A stretch of 64,000 bases of DNA from Flavobacteriales bacterium (GCA_023957375.1 JAMLHB010000003.1:461342-525341); one strand, 5' to 3'; positions 1 through 9,984 are shown, numbered from the stretch's first letter. The notes: a model not told the origin generated them from the letters alone. Program-made: numbers and translations.

Positions 1-35
1 GGGAAGGTTAAATTCGCCGTCCATCCAAGGGAACC

Positions 36-3020
36 ATGGCGTACGACCACAAGCGGATCGAGGAGGAATGGCAGCGCCGATGGCGGGAACAAGGAACGTT
101 CCGCGCGGACAACAATTCCGCAAAGCCGAAGTACTACGTGCTGGACATGTTCCCCTACCCCAGCGGCGCCGGCCTGCACGTGGGGCACCCGTTAGGCTAC
201 ATCGCCAGCGACATCGTGGCGCGCTACAAGCGGCACTGCGGCTTCAACGTGCTGCACCCCATGGGTTACGACAGCTTTGGCCTTCCCGCCGAGCAGTACG
301 CCATCCAAACCGGCCAGCACCCGGCCAAAACCACGGAGGAGAACGCCGCCCGCTACCGTGAACAGCTGGACCACATCGGCTTCAGTTTCGATTGGGGCCG
401 CGAGGTGCGCACCAGCAACCCGGATTTCTACAAGTGGACGCAGTGGATCTTCCTGCAGCTCTTCAACAGCTGGTACGATCCCCGCGCCAACCAGGCCCGG
501 CCGGTCAGCGAGCTCATCGCGCGCTTCGAAGGCCAAGGCTGCCAAGGCCAGGATGCCAGCGTGCTCACCGGCGATTCCGAGGAATTCATCGGCGCGTTCA
601 CCGCCCAGGAATGGAACGGCTTTGATGAACGCACCCGCCAGATGGTGCTGCAGCGCTTTCGCCTGGCCTACCTCAGCGATGCCTGGGTGAACTGGTGCCC
701 CGCACTGGGCACCGTGCTGGCCAACGACGAGGTGAAGGACGGCGTGAGCGAGCGCGGAGGCCACCCCGTGGAGCGCAAGCGCATGCCGCAATGGAGCCTG
801 CGCATCACCGCCTACGCCCAGCGCCTGCTGGACGGGCTGGCCCCGCTGGAGTGGCCCGAAAGCCTGAAGGAAACACAGCGGAATTGGATCGGACGCAGTG
901 AGGGGGCCACGGTGCGTTTCCCTGTCGGGGACGACTTCATCGAGGTGTTCACCACCCGGCCCGATACCCTCTTCGGCGTCAGCTTCCTTACCCTGGCCCC
1001 GGAGCATCCGTTGGTGGCCCGGTCCACCACCCCCGACCGCCGTGCCGAGGTGGAAGCCTACGTGCACACCGCCAAGAACCGCAGTGAACGCGAGCGCCAG
1101 GCCGAAGTGGACAAGGTGAGCGGCGTGTTCACCGGCAGCTACGCCAAGCACCCCTTCACCGGTGCCGACATCCCCGTGTGGGTGGGCGACTACGTGCTGG
1201 GCGGCTACGGCACTGGCGCGGTGATGGCCGTGCCCGGCGGCGACCAGCGCGACTGGCGCTTCGCCAAGCACTTCAACCTGCCGATCATCGCTGTTACCGA
1301 AGGTGCCAACATTGGGAAGGAAGCTGACGAACGCAAGGATGCCACCATTTGCAGCGAAGGATTCTTGAAGGGCCTGAAAGTTCCGGATGCCATCCGCCGC
1401 GCCGTCAAGGAACTGGAAAAAATCGGGGCCGGGCAAGGCAAGGTGAACTTCCGCCTGCGCGATGCCGCCTTCGGCCGCCAGCGGTATTGGGGAGAGCCTA
1501 TCCCCATCTACTACAAGGACGACATTCCCTACCCGCTGCCGGAAAGTGAACTGCCTTTGGTACTGCCTGAGGTGGACAAATTCCTGCCCACCGAAAGCGG
1601 CGAGCCGCCCTTGGCCCGAGCGAAGAATTGGACCTATGAAGGCCACCCGCTGGAGACCACCACCATGCCTGGCTGGGCCGGCAGCAGCTGGTACTTCCTG
1701 CGCTACATGGACCCGCACAATGCGGAGCGCTTCGCCTCAGCAGCATCCATCAACTACTGGGGCCAGGTGGACCTGTACATCGGCGGCAGCGAGCACAGCA
1801 CCGGCCACCTGCTCTACTTCCGCTTCTGGACGAAGTTTTTGTTTGACCTGGACCTGATCCCCTTTGATGAACCGGCGAAGAAGTTGGTGAACCAAGGGAT
1901 GATACAGGGGGTGTCGGCTTTGCTGCCTTTCGTCGCAAAAATCAGTGTACCTCGTGGGGTTGAATACTTAAGTGGGAATTCTTTCACCCCCGAAACAACC
2001 CCTCTTCTTTATGTCAGCGGATCATTAGCTGCCCAAAGTGAGGATAAGGTCACTCAGCAGATCCTTGAACGGCTTAGGAAGTACTGGCCGGAATTCCGCG
2101 AGAAGGAGGCTCAAATTCGCATTGAACCCAAGCTTTCCCGCGTCAACGTTGACATCAACTTGGTGGATAGCCATAACGTGCTAAACACGGAGGGATTTGT
2201 TGATGTCAAGAAAAGCCAATTCACCGAACCAAGGGAAATAGACTTCCTGACCGATCAGGACGGGCGAGTAACGACCATCAGGGAAGTCGAAAAGATGTCC
2301 AAGTCGAAGTTCAACGTGGTGAACCCCGACGACATCATTGAGAAGTACGGCGCCGACACCTTGCGGCTCTATGAGATGTTCCTTGGGCCGCTGGAGCAGA
2401 GCAAGCCGTGGGACACCAACGGCATCGAGGGCACCTTCCGCTTCCTGAAGAAATTCTGGAATTTATTCCACAGCGAAGCTGCACCGGCCACTGCACCAGC
2501 CACTGTACCGTCGACCCACCGGGTCGACCCCATACACATTACCGAGGAAGCCCCCACAAAGGCAGAATTGAAAACCCTCCACGCCACCCTGAAAAAGGTG
2601 ACCGAGGACATCGGCCACATGAGCTTCAACACCAGCGTGGCGCAATTCATGATCGCCGTGAATGAGCTGGGTGCGCTGAAGTGCCGCAAGCGCGCCATTC
2701 TGGAGCCGCTCACCATCGCCCTGGCGCCCTTTGCGCCGCACATTGCCGAGGAGCTATGGGCCAAGCTGGGCCACACCGAAAGCATCAGCACCGCGCCCTG
2801 GCCGCAGTGGGATGCGCAATACCTGGAAGAGGACAGCTTCAGCTACCCCATCAGCTTCAACGGCAAAACGCGCCTGCAACTGGAATTCCCGCTCACGTTG
2901 GGCAAGGAAGAACTGGAAGCCGCCGTGCTGGCCAACCCCGAGGTGCAAGCCAAGCTGGAGGGTAAGGCGCCGAAGAAAGTGATCGTGGTGCCCAAGCGCA
3001 TCGTGAACATCGTGGTGTGA
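36..3020 (+). CDS. leuS: leucine--tRNA ligase, 994 aa
   Basis: Full-length ORF. It has a class I aaRS HIGH-type motif ([13 protein letters not shown]) and a KMSKS motif ([13 protein letters not shown]). Editing-domain and anticodon-binding regions are recognisable. Confidence 0.97.
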   Translation: MAYDHKRIEEEWQRRWREQGTFRADNNSAKPKYYVLDMFPYPSGAGLHVGHPLGYIASDIVARYKRHCGFNVLHPMGYDSFGLPAEQYAIQTGQHPAKTTEENAARYREQLDHIGFSFDWGREVRTSNPDFYKWTQWIFLQLFNSWYDPRANQARPVSELIARFEGQGCQGQDASVLTGDSEEFIGAFTAQEWNGFDERTRQMVLQRFRLAYLSDAWVNWCPALGTVLANDEVKDGVSERGGHPVERKRMPQWSLRITAYAQRLLDGLAPLEWPESLKETQRNWIGRSEGATVRFPVGDDFIEVFTTRPDTLFGVSFLTLAPEHPLVARSTTPDRRAEVEAYVHTAKNRSERERQAEVDKVSGVFTGSYAKHPFTGADIPVWVGDYVLGGYGTGAVMAVPGGDQRDWRFAKHFNLPIIAVTEGANIGKEADERKDATICSEGFLKGLKVPDAIRRAVKELEKIGAGQGKVNFRLRDAAFGRQRYWGEPIPIYYKDDIPYPLPESELPLVLPEVDKFLPTESGEPPLARAKNWTYEGHPLETTTMPGWAGSSWYFLRYMDPHNAERFASAASINYWGQVDLYIGGSEHSTGHLLYFRFWTKFLFDLDLIPFDEPAKKLVNQGMIQGVSALLPFVAKISVPRGVEYLSGNSFTPETTPLLYVSGSLAAQSEDKVTQQILERLRKYWPEFREKEAQIRIEPKLSRVNVDINLVDSHNVLNTEGFVDVKKSQFTEPREIDFLTDQDGRVTTIREVEKMSKSKFNVVNPDDIIEKYGADTLRLYEMFLGPLEQSKPWDTNGIEGTFRFLKKFWNLFHSEAAPATAPATVPSTHRVDPIHITEEAPTKAELKTLHATLKKVTEDIGHMSFNTSVAQFMIAVNELGALKCRKRAILEPLTIALAPFAPHIAEELWAKLGHTESISTAPWPQWDAQYLEEDSFSYPISFNGKTRLQLEFPLTLGKEELEAAVLANPEVQAKLEGKAPKKVIVVPKRIVNIVV

Positions 3021-3064
3021 TGACCGGGCGGGCAGTTTGGTACGGGGCTTGCAAATGGGTGGGC

Positions 3065-3883
3065 ATGGCACAGCGACCCCTGATAGCAACCGCCGCCGCA
3101 TGCGTGTTCTCGTTCGGCTTCGCCCAAAGCGGAAGCGCACCGGCACCTGTTGCGGCGCCCAAAATGAACACCTTGCGCACGGTTGAGCACCACGCGTTCA
3201 CGCCGGGCGAAAAGCTCAGCTACGTGCTGCACTACGGCTGGCTCAACGCCGGGGTAGCCACCTTGGAGCTGAAGGAATACCCCCGTGAGATCGGTGGGCG
3301 CAACGTGCTGCACGCCGTGGGGGTAGGCCAAAGCACCGGGGCCTTCAAGACCTTCTACAAGGTGGACGACCGCTACGAGACCTACTTCGACGAAGGCGGC
3401 GTGTTCCCCTACATCTTCGTTCGCCGGGTGGACGAAGGGGGCTACAAGTTCAGCCAGGACTACACCTTCATGCAGCGCAAAGGCCAGGTAACCACCCAGG
3501 AGAAGAAGACCTTCGACGTGCCTGCCCACGTGCAGGACATGCTCAGCGCGTTCTATTTCGCCCGAACCATCGACTTCGGAAATGCCAAGGTCGGCGACGT
3601 GTTCACCATTGAAACCTTCCTGGACAATGAGCTGTGGCCCCTGCGCATGCGGTACGTCGGCAAGGAAACGATCAAGCTGCGCAATGGGAAATACCGCTGC
3701 CTCAAATTCCAACCCGTGGTACAGGAAGGCCGCATCTTCAAGGGCAATGACGACCTCAACGTGTGGATCACTGACGATGCCAACCGCATTCCCGTGCTGG
3801 CGCAGGCCAAGGTGCTGGTGGGTTCCATCAAAATGGAGCTGAGCGGCTACGAGGGCCTGGCCAATCCCATTGCAAAGGAGTAG
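3065..3883 (+). CDS. DUF3108-like secreted protein
   Basis: ORF 3017-3883; the start was chosen at ATG 3065 (MAQRPLIATAAACVFSFGFAQS looks like a signal peptide). The body resembles the DUF3108 family from memory (LSYVLHYGWLNAG...DVWITDD...IPV). The alternative GTG/ATG at 3017/3020 overlaps the leuS stop. Confidence 0.7.
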   Translation: MAQRPLIATAAACVFSFGFAQSGSAPAPVAAPKMNTLRTVEHHAFTPGEKLSYVLHYGWLNAGVATLELKEYPREIGGRNVLHAVGVGQSTGAFKTFYKVDDRYETYFDEGGVFPYIFVRRVDEGGYKFSQDYTFMQRKGQVTTQEKKTFDVPAHVQDMLSAFYFARTIDFGNAKVGDVFTIETFLDNELWPLRMRYVGKETIKLRNGKYRCLKFQPVVQEGRIFKGNDDLNVWITDDANRIPVLAQAKVLVGSIKMELSGYEGLANPIAKE

Positions 3884-3981
3884 CTCTATCCGGCATCGCC
3901 ATTCGGATGTTCCTGCCCACCTGTTGAAAAACGGGCAGCTGCACAACCTTTATCGCGGCCCTTCGTTCCTTCATTCGTGCC

Positions 3982-5259
3982 ATGCGGAAAAAGACCTTGC
4001 TGGGTGTAGGAGGAACGATGCTGGTCGCGGTGGTCGGCGCCTATTTCTATCTGGGGGTGGACCTGTCGCCCCATCAGGAATATGTGGAGGAGCCTGCGAT
4101 CGCAGCGGAAGACAGCCTTCCTGCGCGCCCCAGTGCCTACGGGATCCCACTGGACGGCTTCCGGGTGGACCGCGAAAAACTGAAGTCCGGCGATACGTTC
4201 AGCGCCCTGCTTGCCCCCAAAGGCATCAGTGCCGCACGGATCGACAGCCTGGTGCGCCTGGCCGATCCCGTTTTCAACGTGAACCGGATGCGCGCAGGGC
4301 ACCCCATCGCCTACATCATGCCGGACGACACCGACAGCACACCGGCCTACTTTGTGTACGAGGCCGACCAAGTGGACCACGTGGTCTTCAAACTGGATCC
4401 GCCCTGCTCGGTGCACGTGGAAAAACGGCCGGTACACACCGAGGAGAAAAGCATGAGCGTGGAGGTGACCGGGGCCTTGTGGAATGACCTCATCGGCGCC
4501 GGTGCCGATCCCTCGCTGGCGGCCGAGCTCAGCCGGGTGTTCGCTTGGACGGTGGATTTCTACCGCATCCAAAAGGGCGACCGCTTCACCATGGTGTACA
4601 AGCAGCAAACCGTGGACGGCGAGCCCTACGGCCAGCCCGTACTGCTCGGGGTACGCTATGAGGGGGCTTCAACGCAGGAAGCTTTCCTGTTCGAAAAGGA
4701 CAACGACAAGGGCGGCTATTACGATGCCGAAGGCAAGAGCCTGAAGAAGGCTTTCCTGCAAGCGCCGTTGAAGTACAGCCGCATTTCGTCCGGCTTCAGC
4801 CTGCGCCGCTTCCATCCCGTGCAGAAGCGCATGAAGGCCCACTTGGGAACCGACTACGCCGCTCCTTACGGAACGCCGATCCTCAGCGTGGGCGATGGCA
4901 CGGTGACCAAGGCCGGGTACACCGCCGGCAATGGCAACTACGTGAAGATCCGCCACAACCACACCTACGAAACGCAATACCTGCACATGCGCAAGATCCT
5001 GGTGAAGCAGGGCCAAGCGGTGAAGCAGGGGCAGGTGATCGGCGAGGTGGGCAGTACCGGCCTGGCTACCGGTCCGCACGTGTGCTACCGCTTCTGGAAG
5101 AACGGCAAGCAGGTGGATCCCCGCCGGGAGGTGCTGCCCAGCGCGGAGCCATTGGCCCAGCGCGAGATGCCCGCCTTCGCCCAGGTGCGTGACGGCATGC
5201 TTGCCCGTTTGGACGAGGCCGAGGACAAAGCCAGGCACACGAGCGTGGCCACCTTTTAG
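3982..5259 (+). CDS. M23 family metallopeptidase, 425 aa
   Basis: An N-terminal TM/signal segment precedes a C-terminal LytM/M23 signature (HLGTDYAAPYGTPILSVGDGTV...GNYVKIRHN...TQYLHM...GEVGSTGLATGPHVCYRF). Confidence 0.9.
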   Translation: MRKKTLLGVGGTMLVAVVGAYFYLGVDLSPHQEYVEEPAIAAEDSLPARPSAYGIPLDGFRVDREKLKSGDTFSALLAPKGISAARIDSLVRLADPVFNVNRMRAGHPIAYIMPDDTDSTPAYFVYEADQVDHVVFKLDPPCSVHVEKRPVHTEEKSMSVEVTGALWNDLIGAGADPSLAAELSRVFAWTVDFYRIQKGDRFTMVYKQQTVDGEPYGQPVLLGVRYEGASTQEAFLFEKDNDKGGYYDAEGKSLKKAFLQAPLKYSRISSGFSLRRFHPVQKRMKAHLGTDYAAPYGTPILSVGDGTVTKAGYTAGNGNYVKIRHNHTYETQYLHMRKILVKQGQAVKQGQVIGEVGSTGLATGPHVCYRFWKNGKQVDPRREVLPSAEPLAQREMPAFAQVRDGMLARLDEAEDKARHTSVATF

Positions 5260-5321
5260 CGCGCAAGGCACAGGATATCCCGGTAGCGGTACCGATGGAT
5301 TCCTTCCGCCGGCACCAAGGC
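5146..5321. repeat. 176-bp direct repeat, copy 1 (pairs with 9140-9315)
   Basis: Base-by-base comparison at offset 3994 gives a single mismatch (5154 g vs 9148 a). It contains the authentic 3' end of the M23 gene and, on the minus strand, a copy of the 3' end of the NAD(P)H-binding gene. Confidence 0.92.
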
Positions 5322-5400
5322 ACACGCGACCAATGCCTTGGCCAAGGCGTCGCAAGGCATCACCCCGTAATGGGCTAGCTGGCCTGAGTACCATGGTCTC
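5256..5400 (-). pseudogene. 3' relic of an NAD(P)H-binding (atypical SDR) gene
   Basis: The C-terminal ~48 codons of ORF 5256-5678(-) align with the end of the 9250-9903 gene (...HYGVMPCDALAKALVACALVPAEGIHRYRYRDILCLAR vs ...NYRVMPHDRLAKALVAEALVPAEGIHRYRYRDILCLAR). Upstream of that the ORF looks like noise. Confidence 0.7.
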
Positions 5401-5722
5401 CTGCCGCCATGCCGCTGCTTTGTCGGTCGCCCATCACCGATCGGCCTCCACATAGCTATTCCTTGCCATGCTCTCACAAGAGCCTGGGGAGCGGTTCCCC
5501 TAACGCGGGCATCCAGGAATTCACTCAGGGAAAGGCGAATGCAGCAGGAGCCCGCCAAAGGCGGGTCAAGGGCCTGGCACTCGGCGGGTCGTGGGAAATA
5601 CGGGCAGAGCCATGCGCTTCGACCCGCTACGACAGCGCGCAATGAGCCAAGCGTTGGGGGGGGAAGGAACCAGCGCAACTTTTTCCTGATCCGTAATTCA
5701 CGACGGCATTACTTGCGCCCAC

Positions 5723-6823
5723 ATGTCACGCTCCGCTAGTATCGGCTTCCTTCTGCTCCTTCTTGTCACCGGGTGCAACCAACGGTCAACGGTGGTGGTG
5801 CCAGCGGTTTTCCATTGGCGGAACGGTGATCCGTTGAACTACAGCGAACGTGAGGCCATTGCGGCCAACGGCGTGCAGCGCGTTTACTTTAAGCTGATGG
5901 ACATTGGCTGGAATCCCGCCAATGGTGCTTACCCGGTTTCCGCTGTGACCGTGCCGTACGCATGGCGCAATTATTCCGGTAAGGCCGGTGCGTGGACCGA
6001 CTCCGTGGAGTTCGTGCCCAGCATCTACATCACCAACAGTACCTTCGAGAAGATCAGCGATGCCGGGGTGGACCAGCTCGCTGCCAACCTGCTGCGGAAG
6101 CTGCGGCAGGAATGTCCGCAAAAAATCCACAGCGTGCTGCTGGATTGCGACTGGACAGCCACCACCAAGGGCCGCTTCTTCCGCCTGACGCAGACCTTGA
6201 ACGACAGCCTTGCCGTGCCGCTAATCGCCACCATCCGCTTGCACCAGTTCGCCCATCCGGGCAAGACCGGCGTGCCACCCGCCGACCGCGGTATGCTGAT
6301 GGTGTACAACGTGGGCCAGGTGAACGCGCCCGGTGCCGCGAACTCCATTTTCAACAATGAGGAAGCCGAACCCTACTTCCGAAGGAGCAAGCCCTATCCG
6401 CTGCCGCTGGACATCGCGCTGCCCGCATTTTCCTGGGGAGCACACTTCCGCAAGGGTCATTTCATGGGCATTTTGCAAGAAGCACAGATCAATGAGGCGG
6501 GCAGCCTTGGCCTGCTTTCCGGTTCCTGGGCCGGCACCATGCAAGTGACCAACGAAGACAACGACCGTCTGCCGGAATTGCACCTGGGCGATGTGGTCCG
6601 GATGGAACGGATGACGCCGGATGTGATCAGCGAAGTGGCCCAACTCGCCCGTGGAGCGGTGAACAACGATACCACGGCGGTGGCTTTTTTCGAGGTGGGA
6701 ACGCGGGCTTTCCGCAGCCTCGAGCCAAGCTTTGTCGACAGCGTGTGCCGCGCCTTCGGCCCTCGCGCGGTGCGGAAAGACGCGCTGCCATTCCCTACTT
6801 TCACCCCATCTTCGGAACCATGA
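5723..6823 (+). CDS. hypothetical lipoprotein, 366 aa
   Basis: ATG start with a lipobox-like N-terminus (LLLLLVTGCNQ). The stop overlaps the next start (ATGA at 6820-6823). I do not recognise the family. Confidence 0.7.
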   Translation: MSRSASIGFLLLLLVTGCNQRSTVVVPAVFHWRNGDPLNYSEREAIAANGVQRVYFKLMDIGWNPANGAYPVSAVTVPYAWRNYSGKAGAWTDSVEFVPSIYITNSTFEKISDAGVDQLAANLLRKLRQECPQKIHSVLLDCDWTATTKGRFFRLTQTLNDSLAVPLIATIRLHQFAHPGKTGVPPADRGMLMVYNVGQVNAPGAANSIFNNEEAEPYFRRSKPYPLPLDIALPAFSWGAHFRKGHFMGILQEAQINEAGSLGLLSGSWAGTMQVTNEDNDRLPELHLGDVVRMERMTPDVISEVAQLARGAVNNDTTAVAFFEVGTRAFRSLEPSFVDSVCRAFGPRAVRKDALPFPTFTPSSEP

Positions 6824-9141
6824 AGCGCTCCCTGATCCTCTTGGTGCTCGGCATTTGCTCCTTCGTGCAGGAGCAGGCCAACGGCTGCGGCTGGGACCTT
6901 GGAGCCGAGGAGTTCCGCTTCTGGCTGCTGCAACCCGAGCTTGCCGACACCCGCGACCTGCATCCGTTCTATTTCACCACCGATATCTTCAACGGGCCGG
7001 ATGTGCAGGAACTGAACGATGTGGCCTACCGGATGAACCTGGCTGAGTGGCGTGGCGTGGTGGGCAGCGCGGTTCCCGAGGAGGCCATCGCCCAGATCCT
7101 GTACGGCACCGATCCTGCAGCATTTTGGAGCAACGAAAAGCAGCTTTTCGCGGAGAATGCCTTTCTCCAGCGGCTTACGGCCATGGGCGGCGGTTGGCCG
7201 GAGTTCATCCGCTTTGCGAAGACCGGCGAGCAATTGGTGAACCGCAGCGATCCCTGGGGTTTTGGGGGGAAAGATGTACAGGGCATGCGTAGCGCATGGA
7301 GCGTGGGCAAGAAGCTGCTGAAGAAGTCGAAAGACCCAGTGCTGAGCGCGCGGATCGCCTACCAGATGGTGCGCTTGGCCTCGTATGCGCCGGAACTGAA
7401 GTTGGATGCGCAAGCGGTGTACCAGGAAAACCTTGCCCCGCTGCGCGGCATGAGCTGGCTGGAACCTTCCGCCGCCTTCTATGTGGCCAGCATGAAGCCG
7501 GTCCCGGAGCGTGATCTGGCCTTCTCGGAACTGTTCGACCGTGCGCGGGACAAGCGGTTTCGCATGGTGCAACTTTTCGACAACAGCGCCACGGAGGACT
7601 ACATCACCCGGGCCAAGAGCGACCAGCAACGCGCAACCCTGCTGGTAATGCGCGACCTCCAACATCCGGGGCGTGCACTGAAGGACCTGGAGCGCATTGC
7701 CGCATGGGAGCCCGGCAATGCCCACCTGCCGCTGTTGCTCTGCCGGGAAGTGAACAAGCTGGAGGATTGGCTGTTGACACCACCGTTGACGGGCTATGGT
7801 GCCGCAATCCGGCAATGGGGCAGCCCGGAGGAAGGACTTACAGAGGCCGATGTCGCCCGCGCCGATCTGGCCTATTTGCAGGAGGTGAAATCCTTTATCA
7901 AACGCGTGCTGCCCGATGTTGCCGCCGATCAACACCCGTTGCTGATGCTGCTGGACGGCCACCTCAGCTTCATTGCCGGGGACATGCCCGCCGTGCGCGT
8001 GGCCATGGAGCGCGTGGAACAGGAGCAGCTGGCCAGCACGGCCGTTCGTCTGCAAGCAAAGGTGGACCTGGTGCTCAGCGGCATCATGGCCTCCAAAAAG
8101 CTCACCGATGCCACCCGGCAAGATCTGTTGGACCTGGTGGAGGTCGCCAACCATGCCTCCGACCTCACGCCGGACAGTGGCACGTTGCTGGACCAATTGC
8201 ACCTCTACCTCGGCAAAAAGCTCATCGCCCGCGGTGAAATGGCCGAAGGCGCTTTCCTCTTGGCCCGTTCAGGCCGCGCTTATTCCTCCCCGGTATCGCT
8301 GTGGGGAGCCAATGCCCGGCACGTGGTGTTCGAGCAAGCCGTGCCCGCCGATTACGACCGCATGATCGCCCTGCTGGACAAGCCCGATAAAACACCCTTC
8401 GAGCGTTACCTCGCCGGCACGGGCGAGCAGGAGGATGCGCACTACACCCGCCAGCGGATCGGCGATGCGGGACTCACGCGGGAGAAATTGCTGGACTACA
8501 AGGCCACCCTGTTCGTTCGGGAGGGCATGTTGGAAGAGGGCGCCGCAGTGTTCCTCCAGATCCCCGATGCATTCTGGGAGGGCTACCCCTACGCGATGTT
8601 TGCCGATGACGACCCCTTCGTGGTGAACATCGAAGACCCGCACAATTACAACAAGACCGATCGCGTACGCTACAACAAACGCACGATCGTGGAGCGGATG
8701 ATCCGCTTGCAGCGGGAGGCCGATCGCGATCCAAGCAAGCGGGCGTTGAACCATTATTTGCTCGGGAATGCTTACTACAACATGAGCTGGCATGGGAAAT
8801 ACTGGATCATGTCGCACATCGGTTGGAGCATATGGGAGATGAGTGCCGTGCGCGATCGCGGGGTGGGCCGCCCCGATGATGGGGATTACTACGGCTGCTA
8901 CCGTGCGCGCCACCATTACCAAGTGGCGCTGAAAGAAGCTAACGACCCCGTGCTACAAGCCATGGCCTGCCGCATGGCCGAGGAATGCGAGCGCAACTGG
9001 AGGGCCTTCACTGGCGAGGGCGGCAAGGACGAAACCGAAAACCCCTTCTTGGCTCAACTGACAAGCCGCAAGAGCCAAGAGGCGTATCGTGCCATCGAGG
9101 ATTGTTCGGGCTACGCGGATTTTGTGGCGCGTTTCCGCTGA
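6820..9141 (+). CDS. hypothetical secreted protein, 773 aa
   Basis: An internal ATG at 6820 gives a signal peptide (MKRSLILLVLGICSFVQEQANG), followed by a CGWD motif. It is translationally coupled to the upstream lipoprotein gene. I do not recognise the family. Confidence 0.72.
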   Translation: MKRSLILLVLGICSFVQEQANGCGWDLGAEEFRFWLLQPELADTRDLHPFYFTTDIFNGPDVQELNDVAYRMNLAEWRGVVGSAVPEEAIAQILYGTDPAAFWSNEKQLFAENAFLQRLTAMGGGWPEFIRFAKTGEQLVNRSDPWGFGGKDVQGMRSAWSVGKKLLKKSKDPVLSARIAYQMVRLASYAPELKLDAQAVYQENLAPLRGMSWLEPSAAFYVASMKPVPERDLAFSELFDRARDKRFRMVQLFDNSATEDYITRAKSDQQRATLLVMRDLQHPGRALKDLERIAAWEPGNAHLPLLLCREVNKLEDWLLTPPLTGYGAAIRQWGSPEEGLTEADVARADLAYLQEVKSFIKRVLPDVAADQHPLLMLLDGHLSFIAGDMPAVRVAMERVEQEQLASTAVRLQAKVDLVLSGIMASKKLTDATRQDLLDLVEVANHASDLTPDSGTLLDQLHLYLGKKLIARGEMAEGAFLLARSGRAYSSPVSLWGANARHVVFEQAVPADYDRMIALLDKPDKTPFERYLAGTGEQEDAHYTRQRIGDAGLTREKLLDYKATLFVREGMLEEGAAVFLQIPDAFWEGYPYAMFADDDPFVVNIEDPHNYNKTDRVRYNKRTIVERMIRLQREADRDPSKRALNHYLLGNAYYNMSWHGKYWIMSHIGWSIWEMSAVRDRGVGRPDDGDYYGCYRARHHYQVALKEANDPVLQAMACRMAEECERNWRAFTGEGGKDETENPFLAQLTSRKSQEAYRAIEDCSGYADFVARFR

Positions 9142-9315
9142 GCCATTAGCCCAGCGCGAGATGCCCGCCTTCGCCCAGGTGCGTGACGGCATGCTTGCCC
9201 GTTTGGACGAGGCCGAGGACAAAGCCAGGCACACGAGCGTGGCCACCTTTTAGCGCGCAAGGCACAGGATATCCCGGTAGCGGTACCGATGGATTCCTTC
9301 CGCCGGCACCAAGGC
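9140..9315. repeat. 176-bp direct repeat, copy 2
   Basis: See 5146-5321. Here the M23 3' segment is a non-coding relic that begins inside the stop codon of the 773-aa gene, while the NAD(P)H-binding gene end is the functional copy. Confidence 0.92.
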
Positions 9316-9903
9316 CTCCGCGACCAGGGCCTTGGCGAGGCGATCGTGCGGCATCACGCGGTAGTTTGCCCAGGTACCCGCGAGCAGCGGGCCCAACAAC
9401 TTCAATACCGCACTGCCGATGCCCTCGCCCGCGCGCCGCTCCTTGCGCGGGCCGGTGAGCACCGATGGCTGGAACAGGGCCAAACTACCGAACCCCATGC
9501 CCGCCAACTCCTGCTCCACTTCCCCCTTCACCCGGCTGTAGAAAATGCGCGAACCGGCATCCGCCCCCATGGCGCTGATGATGCAGAACGCAGGCACGCC
9601 TTGTGCCTTGGCCCAGCGCGCAATGCCCAAGGGCAGCACCTTGTCCACCGCAATGAACGCCGCTTGGCTGCCCGCCGCCTTGATCGTGGTGCCCAAGCAG
9701 CAGACCACCGCGTCCACGGCCACTGGCCTCAAGGCATCCAGCAGGTCCTCATCCACCCATTGCTCCAGCTTCAGGTGTTCCATGGCCAATGGCCGCCGCA
9801 CCAAGGCGACCACTTTGCCCACGTGGGCATCGGCCAACAGCAGCGGCAGCACAGCACCGCCCACAAGGCCAGTGGCCCCGGCAAGGAGAATGGTCTTGGA
9901 CAT
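9250..9903 (-). CDS. NAD(P)H-binding protein (atypical SDR/NmrA-like), 217 aa
   Basis: Start at ATG 9903, with a Rossmann motif right at the N-terminus (MSKTILLAGATGLVGG). Confidence 0.8.
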   Translation of the reverse strand: MSKTILLAGATGLVGGAVLPLLLADAHVGKVVALVRRPLAMEHLKLEQWVDEDLLDALRPVAVDAVVCCLGTTIKAAGSQAAFIAVDKVLPLGIARWAKAQGVPAFCIISAMGADAGSRIFYSRVKGEVEQELAGMGFGSLALFQPSVLTGPRKERRAGEGIGSAVLKLLGPLLAGTWANYRVMPHDRLAKALVAEALVPAEGIHRYRYRDILCLAR

Positions 9904-9984
9904 GGAACAAAATTGCAATTGATTATTGTTTATATGATAAACTTGTTTATACTTGTACCTCACTTCACCGCAAACAACATCCCC
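9904..9984. promoter_or_regulatory. AT-rich divergent promoter region with two TTGTTTATA direct repeats
   Basis: This 81-bp spacer lies between divergent starts. TTGTTTATA occurs at 9926-9934 and 9943-9951. TATACTTG (9948-9955) resembles the Bacteroidota -7 element TAnnTTTG, about 30 nt before ATG 9985. Confidence 0.3.

Noticed and set aside
192-1718. Long antisense or alternative-frame ORFs in the track (for example 192-1718 minus, 2843-3946 minus, 6457-8202 minus, 16389-17516 plus, 18125-19765 plus, 21116-23224 plus, 24032-26170 minus, 47666-49507 minus, 51027-53156 plus, 58952-60184 plus)
   Set aside because: Each lies opposite to or overlaps a gene with clear family motifs. Their translations are Arg/Gly/Ala/Pro-rich with no recognisable domains, which is the typical stop-codon-poor shadow ORF of GC-rich DNA.
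5256-5678. 140-aa ORF on the minus strand between the M23 gene and the lipoprotein gene
   Set aside because: Only its last ~48 codons are homologous to anything (the end of the NAD(P)H-binding gene), and the rest looks random. I interpret it as a gene relic created by the duplication, not a functional CDS.
9289-9984. N-terminal 232 codons of ORF 9289-10575
   Set aside because: This part is antisense to the well-supported NAD(P)H-binding gene. The membrane protein starts plausibly at ATG 9985, after the AT-rich promoter spacer.
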